Assembly (NCBI GenBank): GCA_016178135.1
Contig: JACOTW010000002.1
Coordinates: forward strand, 13,043 to 77,042
Source: Candidatus Saccharimonadota bacterium
GTDB lineage: Bacteria; Patescibacteriota; Saccharimonadia; Saccharimonadales; JACOTW01
Direction of reading: 5' to 3'
Length of the DNA stretch: 64,000 nucleotides
Each line of letters begins with the position of its first letter. The first letter of the stretch is position 1. Under the pieces are notes generated by a model. That model saw only the letters and a list, made by a program, of their open reading frames with translations, did no database searches and had not been told where the DNA came from. The position numbers and the translations under genes are program-made. Positions 29,503 through 39,472 of this stretch are shown piece by piece.

Positions 29503-31707
29503 ATGGCTAAAAAGAAAAAACAATCACGTAAAAAATCTCAACCCCAGGCAAGCGAACGTTCTGCCTTTTGGCCGTTAGCTGGTTCAATACTCATGTTCGT
29601 ATTTGCCATGTTTTTGTTATTGGGCGCGTTCGGTACGGGTGGTAAATTGCCAAAAGAACTTTACCACGGCGCTTATTGGACTTTAGGCTGGGCGGCCCTA
29701 TTTACTCCGGTTGCTTTGATATTTTTCGGTGTCCATAAATTTACCAGTGAAGATCGACAAATTCCACTCGACAAATTTATTAGTATGTTGGGTTTTTTGG
29801 CCTTAACTTCGGCATGGTTGCATGTTGGGTTTGTTCAAAAAGATAATTTTAATGGTGAGTTTGTGAATGGGCACGGTGGTGAGGTGGGGGGAGTTATTGG
29901 CAATGCCGCGCTTAATGCTCTTGATAAAATGCCGGCCAGTATTTTATTTTTTGTCTTGGCTTTACTGGCTTTTTTTCTGACCTTTAGTATTTCGCCCAAA
30001 ATAATTCTTAAATTGAATGGTGTGTTCAAGCGATCAGATGAAGATACTGATCTGGCAACTTTAAAAACTAATGTCAGAGAACACGAATTTGAGCTTAATG
30101 AAGGAGTACCAGTCGAGCATCATACGGATCGTGCAGATCGTGATTCCACTCGTCTCACTACTTTAAAAAATACTGCCCAAAAACTGGCGCCAGCCCAGAA
30201 CCATGAAGCCCTAACAACGGCCAGTGATCCAGATTGGCAATTCCCTAGTATTAATTTATTGAATCAGAAACAAGACAAGGCTAATGCCGGGGATGTTGAA
30301 GGCAATGCCGAAGCCATTAAAGAAACCTTCGATAATTTTAACATTGTAGTTGATATGGAGGGGGCAAACATTGGTCCACGAGTAACGCAGTACACTCTGA
30401 AGCCACCAACAGGCGTAAAATTAACAAAAATAACTGCACTTGAAAATAATCTGTCGCTTGATTTAGCCGCGCATTCTATTCGTATAGAAGCGCCCATCCC
30501 TGGTAAACGGCTCGTTGGAATAGAGGTTCCGAACATTAAGCCGGCTATGGTGCGGATTAGTAGCTTGTTATTATCACGAGAATGGCAAGAAATGAGCAGT
30601 CCACTTGGATTCGTGATAGGTAAAGATATTGCTGGCGTTCCGATAGTTGCCGATCTTGCCAAGATGCCACATTTATTGGTAGCTGGTCAGACTGGCTCTG
30701 GTAAGTCGGTTATGATCAACACTATTTTGACCAGTTTGCTGTATAGAAACAGCCCTAGCGATCTTAAGCTCATTTTAGTGGACCCAAAACAAGTAGAACT
30801 TAAACCCTACGATGACATACCACATCTTTTAACTCCTGTAATTACGGAGCCTGAAAAATGTATTAGTGCCCTTAAGTGGACTGTTGCCGAAATGGAGCGT
30901 CGCTATCGTGCTCTTAGCGAAGTACATCGTCGCAATATCGTGGAATATAATAATCTTAAAAAAGAAGAAGGGATGCCCTATATTGTTTTGGTGATTGATG
31001 AGTTGGCCGATCTAATGATGATGGCAGCCAGAGATGTTGAGGCACTGATTGTACGCATTGCCCAAAAAGCTCGTGCCGTAGGCATTCATTTGGTGTTGGC
31101 TACTCAACGTCCATCAGTCGATGTTATTACTGGCTTGATTAAGGCCAACGTACCGGCTCGGATTGCTTTTACTACCGTTAGTCAGGTTGATTCACGGACT
31201 ATTATTGATGGTATTGGAGCTGAAAAACTACTAGGACAGGGCGATATGCTTCTGACAACCGCCGATATGCCTAAGCCAAAACGCGTTCAAGGAGCATTTA
31301 TTGACGATCATGAAACTCTCAAAGTTACTGATTTTATTAGGATGCAGCGTCCAGCACAATATGATGACGAAGTTGTTAGTCAGCCAGTTCAACTAAATGG
31401 ACGAGGTGGGGTTGTTGCTGACTACGGAGCAAATGATGCGAATGATGATATGTGGCAGGATGCGGTACGAGTAGTTATTGAAGGCCACAAGGCAAGTACT
31501 AGTTTGCTGCAGCGTCGTTTGCGGGTTGGTTATGCCAGAGCTGCCCGACTTATTGAAACCATGGAAGAGCAGGGCATTGTTGGGCCAGCTGATGGCGCTC
31601 GATCAAGAGAAGTGTTGGTGAGCTCCATGGATGAAGTGTTTGGCGGCACATCAGCAGTCGAACCTGACATGTATGACGAGAATTTTCCAGACGACCAAGT
31701 CAAATAA
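29503..31707 (+). CDS. ftsK: DNA translocase FtsK/SpoIIIE
   Basis: N-terminal TMs, RIEAPIPGK, PHLLVAGQTGSGKS, IDELADLMM, ATQRPSVDV, C-terminal gamma domain. Confidence 0.97.
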   Translation: MAKKKKQSRKKSQPQASERSAFWPLAGSILMFVFAMFLLLGAFGTGGKLPKELYHGAYWTLGWAALFTPVALIFFGVHKFTSEDRQIPLDKFISMLGFLALTSAWLHVGFVQKDNFNGEFVNGHGGEVGGVIGNAALNALDKMPASILFFVLALLAFFLTFSISPKIILKLNGVFKRSDEDTDLATLKTNVREHEFELNEGVPVEHHTDRADRDSTRLTTLKNTAQKLAPAQNHEALTTASDPDWQFPSINLLNQKQDKANAGDVEGNAEAIKETFDNFNIVVDMEGANIGPRVTQYTLKPPTGVKLTKITALENNLSLDLAAHSIRIEAPIPGKRLVGIEVPNIKPAMVRISSLLLSREWQEMSSPLGFVIGKDIAGVPIVADLAKMPHLLVAGQTGSGKSVMINTILTSLLYRNSPSDLKLILVDPKQVELKPYDDIPHLLTPVITEPEKCISALKWTVAEMERRYRALSEVHRRNIVEYNNLKKEEGMPYIVLVIDELADLMMMAARDVEALIVRIAQKARAVGIHLVLATQRPSVDVITGLIKANVPARIAFTTVSQVDSRTIIDGIGAEKLLGQGDMLLTTADMPKPKRVQGAFIDDHETLKVTDFIRMQRPAQYDDEVVSQPVQLNGRGGVVADYGANDANDDMWQDAVRVVIEGHKASTSLLQRRLRVGYARAARLIETMEEQGIVGPADGARSREVLVSSMDEVFGGTSAVEPDMYDENFPDDQVK

Positions 31708-31877
31708 TCCACAGAAAATACAGGGGTAGGCTGAATAGATGCTTGCATATATCAACCATATTATTTAGTATTGGCTTAAAACAAACATGGGAACGAGGGC
31801 CCGTATGGTCTACAGACAAAGATGACCAGGGCTCTCTTCTATGGAAATACTCTTATGTGGAAATTGGACGTATTGGA

Positions 31878-31965
31878 TTGACTAACAGATATAGATAGGT
31901 TAGAATAAGCAAGTTATTAACTCTGCCTACAACCATAATGTGTGTGTAGGCTTTAACCAAAGGAG
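31878..31965 (+). promoter_or_regulatory. rpsF promoter and candidate S6:S18-type leader hairpin
   Basis: TTGACT-17-TAGAAT; leader CTCT-GCCTACA...TGTAGGC-...AGGAG could sequester the SD. Confidence 0.45.
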
Positions 31966-31971
31966 ACTCTA

Positions 31972-32361
31972 TTGAACCAGTATGAAATTGCTGTATTGTA
32001 TCATCCTGATCTAGAAATTGATCTGGATAAAGCAACACATAAAATAGAAAAAATCATCAAAGACAATGATGGCAAGATTACTCATGTAGATAATTGGGGC
32101 AAGCGTAAGCTAGCTTATAAAATTAAAAATCAAGAACACGCCGTCTATGTTTTTTATACGATAGAAATAGCTGGTGCGAACGTCAAAAAAGTTGAAACGA
32201 TTCTAAATATTACTGATGAAGTGATTCGTTTTTTGATAGTGCGTCCAGACCTGAAAGCAATTGCCAAGGCAGAAGCTGCCAAGGTTGAAAAAGCCAAAAA
32301 AGCAGCCGAGCGCGGTGATCGTGATGACAATGACGAAGACGACGAGAAGGACGAAGAATAA
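31972..32361 (+). CDS. rpsF: 30S ribosomal protein S6
   Basis: YEIAVLYHPDL, WGKRKLAYKI, EVIRFLIV; TTG start after AGGAG. Confidence 0.95.
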   Translation: MNQYEIAVLYHPDLEIDLDKATHKIEKIIKDNDGKITHVDNWGKRKLAYKIKNQEHAVYVFYTIEIAGANVKKVETILNITDEVIRFLIVRPDLKAIAKAEAAKVEKAKKAAERGDRDDNDEDDEKDEE

Positions 32362-32364
32362 ATC

Positions 32365-32646
32365 ATGCCACCCAAACTAGATGCAGATTTTGCTAGAAGT
32401 GTTGAGCTTTCAATAAACCCGTTAACACGCCATCATCAGGTGGATAAATTACTGCATGATCCTGAAATTGTAGGCAACGATATAAATTTTTTATTCAATC
32501 CAGATAGTCTGGTAACCACTAATCCAGAGACTGTAGTCGCATTGGACAGGAGTGTACTATTGTACCCCTGGCTTGGGAGGAATGCCTTGAAGCAGGCTGC
32601 ACTATGGATTCAATATTTAACATCGGAAGGATTAATTCATGGCTAA
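32365..32646 (+). CDS. hypothetical protein between rpsF and rpsR
   Basis: 93-aa ORF exactly filling the rpsF-rpsR gap and overlapping the rpsR start. Confidence 0.55.
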   Translation: MPPKLDADFARSVELSINPLTRHHQVDKLLHDPEIVGNDINFLFNPDSLVTTNPETVVALDRSVLLYPWLGRNALKQAALWIQYLTSEGLIHG

Positions 32647-32842
32647 AATTTTTAAGAACAGAACGGACGTAGCCTTTTTTGACTACAAAGATTTTAAGAC
32701 CCTGCAGCGTTACGTAAATGGGTTTGGGCAAATTGAGAGTCGCAAGAAAACTGGCCTCAAAGAGCACGAACAGCGTCGTTTGGCAATTGCTATCAAGCGT
32801 GCCCGTCACATCGCTTTGTTGCCGTTCGTAGTATCCAATTAG
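32639..32842 (+). CDS. rpsR: 30S ribosomal protein S18 (Cys-free form)
   Basis: FDYKD, GQIESRKKTG, QRRLAIAIKRARHIALLPF. Confidence 0.95.
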   Translation: MAKIFKNRTDVAFFDYKDFKTLQRYVNGFGQIESRKKTGLKEHEQRRLAIAIKRARHIALLPFVVSN

Positions 32843-32930
32843 AGTTGTAACTTGACAGTAGTCAGGTTGTGGGGGTACGGTAAGAGTACAATTTAATGGC
32901 ACATAGTCTGCCAACAAGGAGGAATGCCAT

Positions 32931-33404
32931 ATGGCACGTAGTTTTAATCAAGTAATCTTAATGGGTAACCTGACTAGAGATCCAGAGCTTAGACAAACGC
33001 CAGGCGGTCAGAATGTCTGTAGTTTTAGCTTGGCACTCAATCGTAGTTATAAAGGTGCTGATGGTAATTGGCAAGAAGTTACTGACTTTATTGATATTGT
33101 TGCCTGGGGGCCACTCGGAGAACGAGTTGCTCAATACCTAACCAAAGGTAGCCAAGCGCTTGTTAATGGACGGCTACAATATCGTAGTTGGGAACAAGAC
33201 GGTCAGAAGCGTAGCAAAGTTGAAGTTAATGCTCAAGATGTGACTTTTTTGGGTGGAGGCGGTAAGTCGCAGGACTCATTTCCGGATAGTTCTTCTGTCG
33301 GAACAGTTTCGGCAACCAAATCAAACAAAACTACCAAAAAAGATGATATTATCATCGAAGACATAGGTGACGAGCCTATCAACCTAGACGACATCCCTTT
33401 TTAA
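32931..33404 (+). CDS. ssb: single-stranded DNA-binding protein
   Basis: NQVILMGNLTRDPELR, C-terminal DDIPF. Confidence 0.97.
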   Translation: MARSFNQVILMGNLTRDPELRQTPGGQNVCSFSLALNRSYKGADGNWQEVTDFIDIVAWGPLGERVAQYLTKGSQALVNGRLQYRSWEQDGQKRSKVEVNAQDVTFLGGGGKSQDSFPDSSSVGTVSATKSNKTTKKDDIIIEDIGDEPINLDDIPF

Positions 33405-33433
33405 CAAATTATCGACTGCACTAATCAAAATCC

Positions 33434-33505
33434 GACACGAATTTCGGACTTAGCCATTGATGTCAGGTGTCATCTGGGGCGATGGAAAAGTCCGAAATTC
33501 GTGTC
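33434..33505. repeat. family-D palindromic element between ssb and efp
   Basis: Perfect 18-bp IR GACACGAATTTCGGACTT / AAGTCCGAAATTCGTGTC; minus strand GAATTTCGGACTTTTCCATCGCCCCAGATGACACCTGA matches 53046 and 60469. Confidence 0.7.
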
Positions 33506-33544
33506 TGTTAAAAACAAGCAAAGAATAAGGAGAAAGTAGATTAT

Positions 33545-34108
33545 ATGGCATTTGGACCAACTGATCTTAAAAAAGGGCAGGTGTTTCAGTTGGATAATAT
33601 TCCGTATCGAGTGGTTGAGTACGGTCAAAAGGTGATGGGTCGTGGGGGCTCAATTGTAAACGTCAAAATAAAGAGTCTACTGAATGGTAAAGTTCTGGAT
33701 AAAACTTTCAAGGGAAATGAATCCATTGAACCCGCTGATGTAACTAATAAAAATGTGCAATATCTCTACAGCGATGCCAATTCATTTTTCTTTATGGATG
33801 AACAAACTTACGAGCAATTTGAACTACCAGTTACTGATATGTTAGATCAAACAGGTTACCTGAAAGAAGGTGATCGTGTTTTGGTTCAGCTGTTTAATGA
33901 TAGGGTTATAAATATTGAATTACCCAAAAATGTTCCCCTCAAGGTAACTTATGCTGAAACCGCGGTCAAAGGCGACACAAGCTCAGCAATAACAAAAGAC
34001 GCGACCGTAGAGACGGGCATTATTGTCAAAGTACCTGCGTTTGTAAAAGTTGGCGATATTATTTCGGTTGATACCGCGACTGGGACGTACCGTGAGCGTG
34101 TCAAATAA
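33545..34108 (+). CDS. efp: elongation factor P
   Basis: KVMGRGG loop, QYLYSD, KGDT, ETG..VKVPAFVKVGD, YRER. Confidence 0.95.
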   Translation: MAFGPTDLKKGQVFQLDNIPYRVVEYGQKVMGRGGSIVNVKIKSLLNGKVLDKTFKGNESIEPADVTNKNVQYLYSDANSFFFMDEQTYEQFELPVTDMLDQTGYLKEGDRVLVQLFNDRVINIELPKNVPLKVTYAETAVKGDTSSAITKDATVETGIIVKVPAFVKVGDIISVDTATGTYRERVK

Positions 34109-34988
34109 GTATCGCCTAGACAAAGAATTACTGCGTCGAGGATTAGTTGTATCTAGGTCGCAAGCTGAGGATATTATTCGCAGGGGTTTTGTAAGCGTAG
34201 CTGGTATAAGCGTTACCAAACCCGGCTTGTTGGTATCAGAAAATGTACAAATCGTCATAAAATCACGTGTTAGTTTTGTATCACGAGCGGGCGAAAAACT
34301 TCATTCAGTCTTAGATATCCTTCAACTGGATTTGTCGGACAAAGTTGTGTTGGATGTCGGTTCGTCAACTGGCGGTTTTACCGAACTGGCTTTACGCATG
34401 GGGGCAAAAAAAGTTATTGCGGTAGATGTTGGAACCAATCAAATGCATCCCAGCTTGCGTAATGATCCCCGAATTGAACTTCACGAAAAAACCGACATCC
34501 GCAATTATGTGAAAGGATCGACCACTCACATAGACGTTGTTCTGATTGATGTTAGTTTTATATCATTGCGTCAAATATTACCGTACTGCGCTACACTGAT
34601 TGATCGCAATTCGGTGATCGTGGCTATGGCAAAACCGCAGTTTGAGGCTAGACTGGACTTACCCAAAGCTCCCCCATCCCCAGACCAACTAATCTCAAGC
34701 GGTAGCGGTCTGCCTTCTATCAATGTAGCTAAGGCTACCTCTCCTTCAGTCAAACCACTATCAACTCGAGCTGATTTGCCCTGGGAACGGGCGATTTTGC
34801 GTAAGTCCAGTAGAGACATAGTTAAACACAAGGGAGTAATAAAGAACGATAAAATGCGTAGGGAGATACTAAAACACCTTGAAGATAGCATACAAAATTT
34901 GTTCATTATTATCGACAAGGCTGATTCTGGAGTTGCCGGCGCTCGCGGCAATAGGGAGCGCTTTTATTTGTTACGAAAAGCCGGGTAG
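34098..34988 (+). CDS. tlyA: TlyA family rRNA methyltransferase carrying a 54-aa in-frame repeat insertion
   Basis: S4 domain RLD..SRSQA, FVSRAGEKL, LDVGSSTGGFT, DVSFISL, KPQFEA, GNRE; GTG at 34098 overlaps the efp end. Confidence 0.92.
   Translation: MSNKYRLDKELLRRGLVVSRSQAEDIIRRGFVSVAGISVTKPGLLVSENVQIVIKSRVSFVSRAGEKLHSVLDILQLDLSDKVVLDVGSSTGGFTELALRMGAKKVIAVDVGTNQMHPSLRNDPRIELHEKTDIRNYVKGSTTHIDVVLIDVSFISLRQILPYCATLIDRNSVIVAMAKPQFEARLDLPKAPPSPDQLISSGSGLPSINVAKATSPSVKPLSTRADLPWERAILRKSSRDIVKHKGVIKNDKMRREILKHLEDSIQNLFIIIDKADSGVAGARGNRERFYLLRKAG
34653..34810. mobile_element. family A element (158 bp, TSD TAGA) in frame in tlyA
   Basis: TAGA-CTGGACTTACCCAAAG...TTTTGCGTAAGTCCAG-TAGA. Confidence 0.95.
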
Positions 34989-35029
34989 AGATTCGACGAC
35001 TAAGTGCGAAACTCGTGTAGAATACAACT

Positions 35030-35689
35030 ATGTATTTTAGAAACAGAGCCGAAGCCGGTCGTTTACTCGCTAAGAAGTTGATTAAATATAAAGGACAGCC
35101 AGTAACTATAATGGCCTTGAGCCCGGGGGCTGTTATCGTTGGCGCCCAAATCGCCATGCATCTTCACGCTTCTATGGCGATGCTTCTAACAGAAGGGGTT
35201 TATTTACCAGGTGAGTTTGATGCTCTTGCTGGTCTTTCATCAGAAGGAACCTATACATATAACAATATGCTCACAGCGGGTCAGATAGAGGAAATGGTCG
35301 GTGAGTATAATCAATATATTGAACAGCAGAGAATTGAAAAGAGGCATCGCTTAAACTTATTGCTCGGGAGAAATGGTGAAATTAATCGTGATACATTACG
35401 ACGACACGCTGTTGTTGTGGTATCCGATGGTTTGCCGAATGGCTTTTCTATTGATGTAGCATCGGACTTTTTAGACACTATTGCTATCGGCAAGCTTATT
35501 ATTGCCTGTCCAATTGCTAGTGTTCCCTCGGTTGATAGGATGCATTTATTGGCTGATGAAATATGTTGTTTATCGGTCATTGATAATTATATCGAAACGA
35601 ATCATTATTATGACGAAAACACTATTCCAGATATTTCTGGAGCGTTAAAAGTTATGAATAATATTGTACAGAATTGGCACAAGAGTTAG
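35030..35689 (+). CDS. phosphoribosyltransferase-like protein
   Basis: FRNRAEAGRLLA, degenerate PRPP loop VVVVSDGLPNG, ADEICCL. Confidence 0.8.
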   Translation: MYFRNRAEAGRLLAKKLIKYKGQPVTIMALSPGAVIVGAQIAMHLHASMAMLLTEGVYLPGEFDALAGLSSEGTYTYNNMLTAGQIEEMVGEYNQYIEQQRIEKRHRLNLLLGRNGEINRDTLRRHAVVVVSDGLPNGFSIDVASDFLDTIAIGKLIIACPIASVPSVDRMHLLADEICCLSVIDNYIETNHYYDENTIPDISGALKVMNNIVQNWHKS

Positions 35690-35704
35690 CGCATCAATAA
35701 CCTG

Positions 35705-36355
35705 TTAGGCAAGGACTTTTTTAAGACCCTTTATATCTTGGAGTTTGATTAAATGTTGACTGTTACTGATAAGCCCTCTACGCTCTAAAATCGCTAATTC
35801 TCGGCCAGTTGTTTCCCGAGTAGCATTTATAGAACTGGCAATATCTTGATGGCGAAGCGGAACGTTTATGATTATGCCACTATCAGTTTTTTCACCAAAT
35901 CGTTGAGACATGGTGAGCAGAAAAGATACTAGTCGCTCTCGTACCGAACGATATGCTAGGTTAATAATGCGTTCGGAATGGATTCTATACATCTCCATGG
36001 TCATATCGAGTAATGGAGATAGGGGAGTGCCAGGTTTCTGGATATAGGACATGAATTCATCACGGCCAATACGCCACACTATACAGTCGCTTAGAGTTTG
36101 ATAGATTACATGTCGTTCTTGACCTGTAACGGCCCAGATCAGCGGAAAAATCTCATGCTCTTTGCGAATGATCAGAAGATTTTCTTCGCCATATTTAGAA
36201 ATATTATAAGCCTTTACCAGGCCTGTCTCTATATAGAAAACACTCTGCGGATGTTCTCCTGGCCGAATGATAAACTCGCCTTTTTTATAGGTTAGTTTTG
36301 TTCCTTTATGGAATAAATCCACCAAAACTTTAGTCTGTTCTTCAGTGGCCAACAT
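35705..36355 (-). CDS. Crp/Fnr family transcriptional regulator
   Basis: YKKGEFII, YIETGLVK cNMP domain; HQDIASSINATRETTGREL HTH. Confidence 0.92.
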   Translation of the reverse strand: MLATEEQTKVLVDLFHKGTKLTYKKGEFIIRPGEHPQSVFYIETGLVKAYNISKYGEENLLIIRKEHEIFPLIWAVTGQERHVIYQTLSDCIVWRIGRDEFMSYIQKPGTPLSPLLDMTMEMYRIHSERIINLAYRSVRERLVSFLLTMSQRFGEKTDSGIIINVPLRHQDIASSINATRETTGRELAILERRGLISNSQHLIKLQDIKGLKKVLA

Positions 36356-36487
36356 AAACCAATTATGCATTGCTTACGGCAAAATACCAAACATGCGTGA
36401 TAAAAATCGCATTGGCGACGTGAGGCAATTAACATACATGAAACTGAAAAAGACGTAAGCTATAAGTACTAAAAGGAGGTGCATTTG

Positions 36488-37090
36488 ATGGTAACTCTAC
36501 AAGAAATTGAGGAGCAGCTAAAACAAATAGGGGCATCTTTTAGGTATTGGGGTAGAGCAGAGGTACTGGAGTTACGTCATGTGCTTGTTCCGGATGAACA
36601 GATTAAGGCTTGCATGAATGGCAGATGGGAAGGTGGATTTGCTATGCTCTGCGCGACTGATCGGCGAATTTTACTTATAGATAAAAAACCAATGTATCTA
36701 ACTATAGAAGATGTACGATATGATATGGTTTCAGAAGTGGACTACAGTTATCGTCTGCTGGTTTCTACCACTAGAATATGTACGCCCAATCAAGTCTTGG
36801 TATTTATGGGCTGGAATCATAGCAAATCACGCACGCTGACCAATTATGTGCAACAGCGGGTTATGGAGGTGCGTCAACAGCATCTGTTCCAGCAAAACTT
36901 ACAAACAATTCAGCCATTGCAATCTGTTCCGGCAATCCCATCACGACAAGTGGCTACTGACGGCGGTGTTAATTTTGCGACTTTTCCAACTCCCACAACA
37001 GTCCAGCTACCATATTTTCAGCCGATGAACCCATATACTCAGAGTACCCTTATGACACGTCGTCGTTTCGCCGGAAAATTTAAACGTTAA
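36488..37090 (+). CDS. bacterial PH-domain protein
   Basis: DEQIKACMNGRWEGGFAMLCATDRRILLIDKK; low-complexity C-terminus. Confidence 0.7.
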   Translation: MVTLQEIEEQLKQIGASFRYWGRAEVLELRHVLVPDEQIKACMNGRWEGGFAMLCATDRRILLIDKKPMYLTIEDVRYDMVSEVDYSYRLLVSTTRICTPNQVLVFMGWNHSKSRTLTNYVQQRVMEVRQQHLFQQNLQTIQPLQSVPAIPSRQVATDGGVNFATFPTPTTVQLPYFQPMNPYTQSTLMTRRRFAGKFKR

Positions 37091-38159
37091 AGCGGAATTC
37101 TACTATATCACCCGGGCGCATAACATATGTTTTGCCTTCAGTGCGCATTTTGCCAGCCGCCTTGGCAGCCTGCTCTGAGCCAGCCGCCATTAGATCATCG
37201 TAATCAATCACTTGGGCAGCTATAAAGCCTTTTTCAAAATCCCCATGTATAACACCAGCCGCTTGGGGGGCGGTGTCACCCTTGTGAATTGTCCAGGCCC
37301 GGACTTCTTTTTCGCCAGCAGTTAGGTAGCTTTGTAGCCCAAGCATATCGTAAGCTGCATGAATAACCTGGTCTAGCCCCGATGTCGCTTGCCCATAGCT
37401 AGCTAACATTTCTGCCCGGTCTGGCTCGTCCAAACTCCTTAATTCGTCTTCTAACTTAGCGCAAACAAATAACGCTGTGGCAGGCTTGACCATTTGACTC
37501 AATTTTTCTTTAAATTCAGTATCGCCAAGCTTGTCGTCGTCGATATTAAATAGATATAGAATTGGTTTGGCTGTCATAAGCTGGAGGTCTGCCAACTGAG
37601 CATTTAGTGTCGAGTATTCAGCACTCTCAAAAATTGCTTTACCAGAATCTAATAAATCCTTAGCTATTATTAGTGCGTCTAATTGTGGCTTAAGTTTAGG
37701 GTCACTTTTGGCTAATTTTTCTGTCTTGGGTAGGCGGTTTGTAACCGTTTGCAAATCAGCTAGTATGAGTTCAGTTTTAATGACAGATATATCGTGTTCG
37801 GGGTCACGAGAACTATCGCTGCGCAAAACCCCACCTTGGTCAAAGGCTCGAACAACCTGAAGTATGGCGCTACAGGTGCGGATGTGTGCTAAAAACTGGT
37901 TGCCTAGGCCCTCTCCCTTGCTTGCGCCGGCTACAAGGCCAGCAATATCTATAAACTTAACATTTGCTGGCAACACCTTTTGGCTATTGTAAAGTTCGGC
38001 TAGGTTTTGCAGGCGTTCATCCGGTACGGCCACCGTACCTGTGTTGGGCTCAATAGTGGCAAAAGGGTAGTTAGCCGCCAAAATCTCATTATCGGTCAGT
38101 GCGTTAAACAGTGTTGACTTACCGACATTCGGCAACCCAACAATACCAATGCTTAGCAT
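37080..38159 (-). CDS. ychF: ribosome-binding ATPase YchF
   Basis: GIVGLPNVGKSTLFNALT, NYPFATIEPN, DIAGLV, GEGLGNQFL, C-terminal FRFNV. Confidence 0.97.
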   Translation of the reverse strand: MLSIGIVGLPNVGKSTLFNALTDNEILAANYPFATIEPNTGTVAVPDERLQNLAELYNSQKVLPANVKFIDIAGLVAGASKGEGLGNQFLAHIRTCSAILQVVRAFDQGGVLRSDSSRDPEHDISVIKTELILADLQTVTNRLPKTEKLAKSDPKLKPQLDALIIAKDLLDSGKAIFESAEYSTLNAQLADLQLMTAKPILYLFNIDDDKLGDTEFKEKLSQMVKPATALFVCAKLEDELRSLDEPDRAEMLASYGQATSGLDQVIHAAYDMLGLQSYLTAGEKEVRAWTIHKGDTAPQAAGVIHGDFEKGFIAAQVIDYDDLMAAGSEQAAKAAGKMRTEGKTYVMRPGDIVEFRFNV

Positions 38160-38205
38160 TTAACCCCATCTTTCTTTTCCATATGTTAATTCTAACAGTA
38201 ATATA

Positions 38206-38364
38206 CTGGACTTACGCAAAACTCCCCCATCCCCAGACCAACTAATCCCAAGCGGTAGCGGTCTGTCTTCTCTCGATGTAGCTAAGGCTACCTCTCCTTC
38301 AGTCAAACCACTCCCAACTCGAGCTGATTTAGCCTGGGAACGGGCAATTTTGCGACAGGTCCAG
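38206..38364. mobile_element. family A element (159 bp), intergenic
   Basis: TATA-CTGGACTTACGCAAAA...TTTTGCGACAGGTCCAG; near-identical to the tlyA copy. Confidence 0.95.
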
Positions 38365-38414
38365 TAGCAGTTACTAGGGGCTGGGTTGCGGATATTAGGG
38401 AATTATGCTATAAT

Positions 38415-39446
38415 TTGGCTATTATGGATCATCCAGATTTATCCCCAGATTACATTACCGACAGACTTCATGAAACTGGAGTTGTAGATGTAGATGTTAC
38501 ACCGTTCATATCAGAGCAGCATGACGAGCCTAGTAACTTGCCAAACCCAGAGATTATTGATACCGAAACACCAGCAACGCCAAAGAATGACGGCATGTCC
38601 CGCCGTGGTTTTTTAAGGCTTGCTGGTATTGCCGCTACGACATTGTTGGCGGGTAGTTCGGGTAATAATATTTATAGCGGTACTAACGAACACCCCAGCC
38701 TGATCAGTGAACAACATCACAAACTACCTAACACCGAAGTCATAAAATCAGTCGCGGAAACAATGCCAAAACCCCCCGAATTTTCCGAACTTAGTCTTAG
38801 AATAAATAGTCCGGAAACTCCAGACGGGGCATTTATGGGAGCAATGACAGTCAGATATGCCGATAACCCAGATCGTAGCCTGCAATCTGAAGAAGGCTTA
38901 ATTGATAAATACTGGCAATCAAAAGGTTTACCACGACCAGCCGTCAATAACCCATCAGTGCACCGTTTAAGGGTAGGAGGATCTATCACCAGCGAAAATG
39001 TCAAGGCGTTTGACCCGCTATTGGATGAAGCCGCGGTTGTCCACAAAGGTACGGATAGCGGGTTGATTTTGATAGCCCAACACAATATCACACAAGTTAA
39101 AGGGCCTGTTGAGCTCGATGGTGCTATTTACGACCACTTGCAGATGGGTATTAATGAATACGTTATGCCTGGCGATACATTAGAAATAGTTTTGTCGAAT
39201 CAACAACAGCCAGGTTTTTTGGATGTGTTTAGGTTTGTTGCCACTGGCTCCAGGGTTGTAGCTTATCCTGAAGATTTAGAAACAGTGTATGAATACAATC
39301 CAGAAGAGGGCAAAGAACAAGCAGGGGATTTAGCTGTTCTGAAAACCTATATTTGTTGGCCGCCAGGGCAGAAAAGGTACAGATTGGTTGTTGAATGGGA
39401 GCCTCAAAATACCGCGATTGTGCACGGAACAGTTAATCCGGTATAA
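38415..39446 (+). CDS. divergent sortase-like protein
   Basis: SRRGFL plus hydrophobic anchor; LIAQH...LKTYICWPPGQKRYRLVV resembles the sortase His...TLxTC...Arg triad. Confidence 0.55.
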   Translation: MAIMDHPDLSPDYITDRLHETGVVDVDVTPFISEQHDEPSNLPNPEIIDTETPATPKNDGMSRRGFLRLAGIAATTLLAGSSGNNIYSGTNEHPSLISEQHHKLPNTEVIKSVAETMPKPPEFSELSLRINSPETPDGAFMGAMTVRYADNPDRSLQSEEGLIDKYWQSKGLPRPAVNNPSVHRLRVGGSITSENVKAFDPLLDEAAVVHKGTDSGLILIAQHNITQVKGPVELDGAIYDHLQMGINEYVMPGDTLEIVLSNQQQPGFLDVFRFVATGSRVVAYPEDLETVYEYNPEEGKEQAGDLAVLKTYICWPPGQKRYRLVVEWEPQNTAIVHGTVNPV

Positions 39447-39472
39447 TTTTTGAGCAGTTATGGGGTGGGTTA

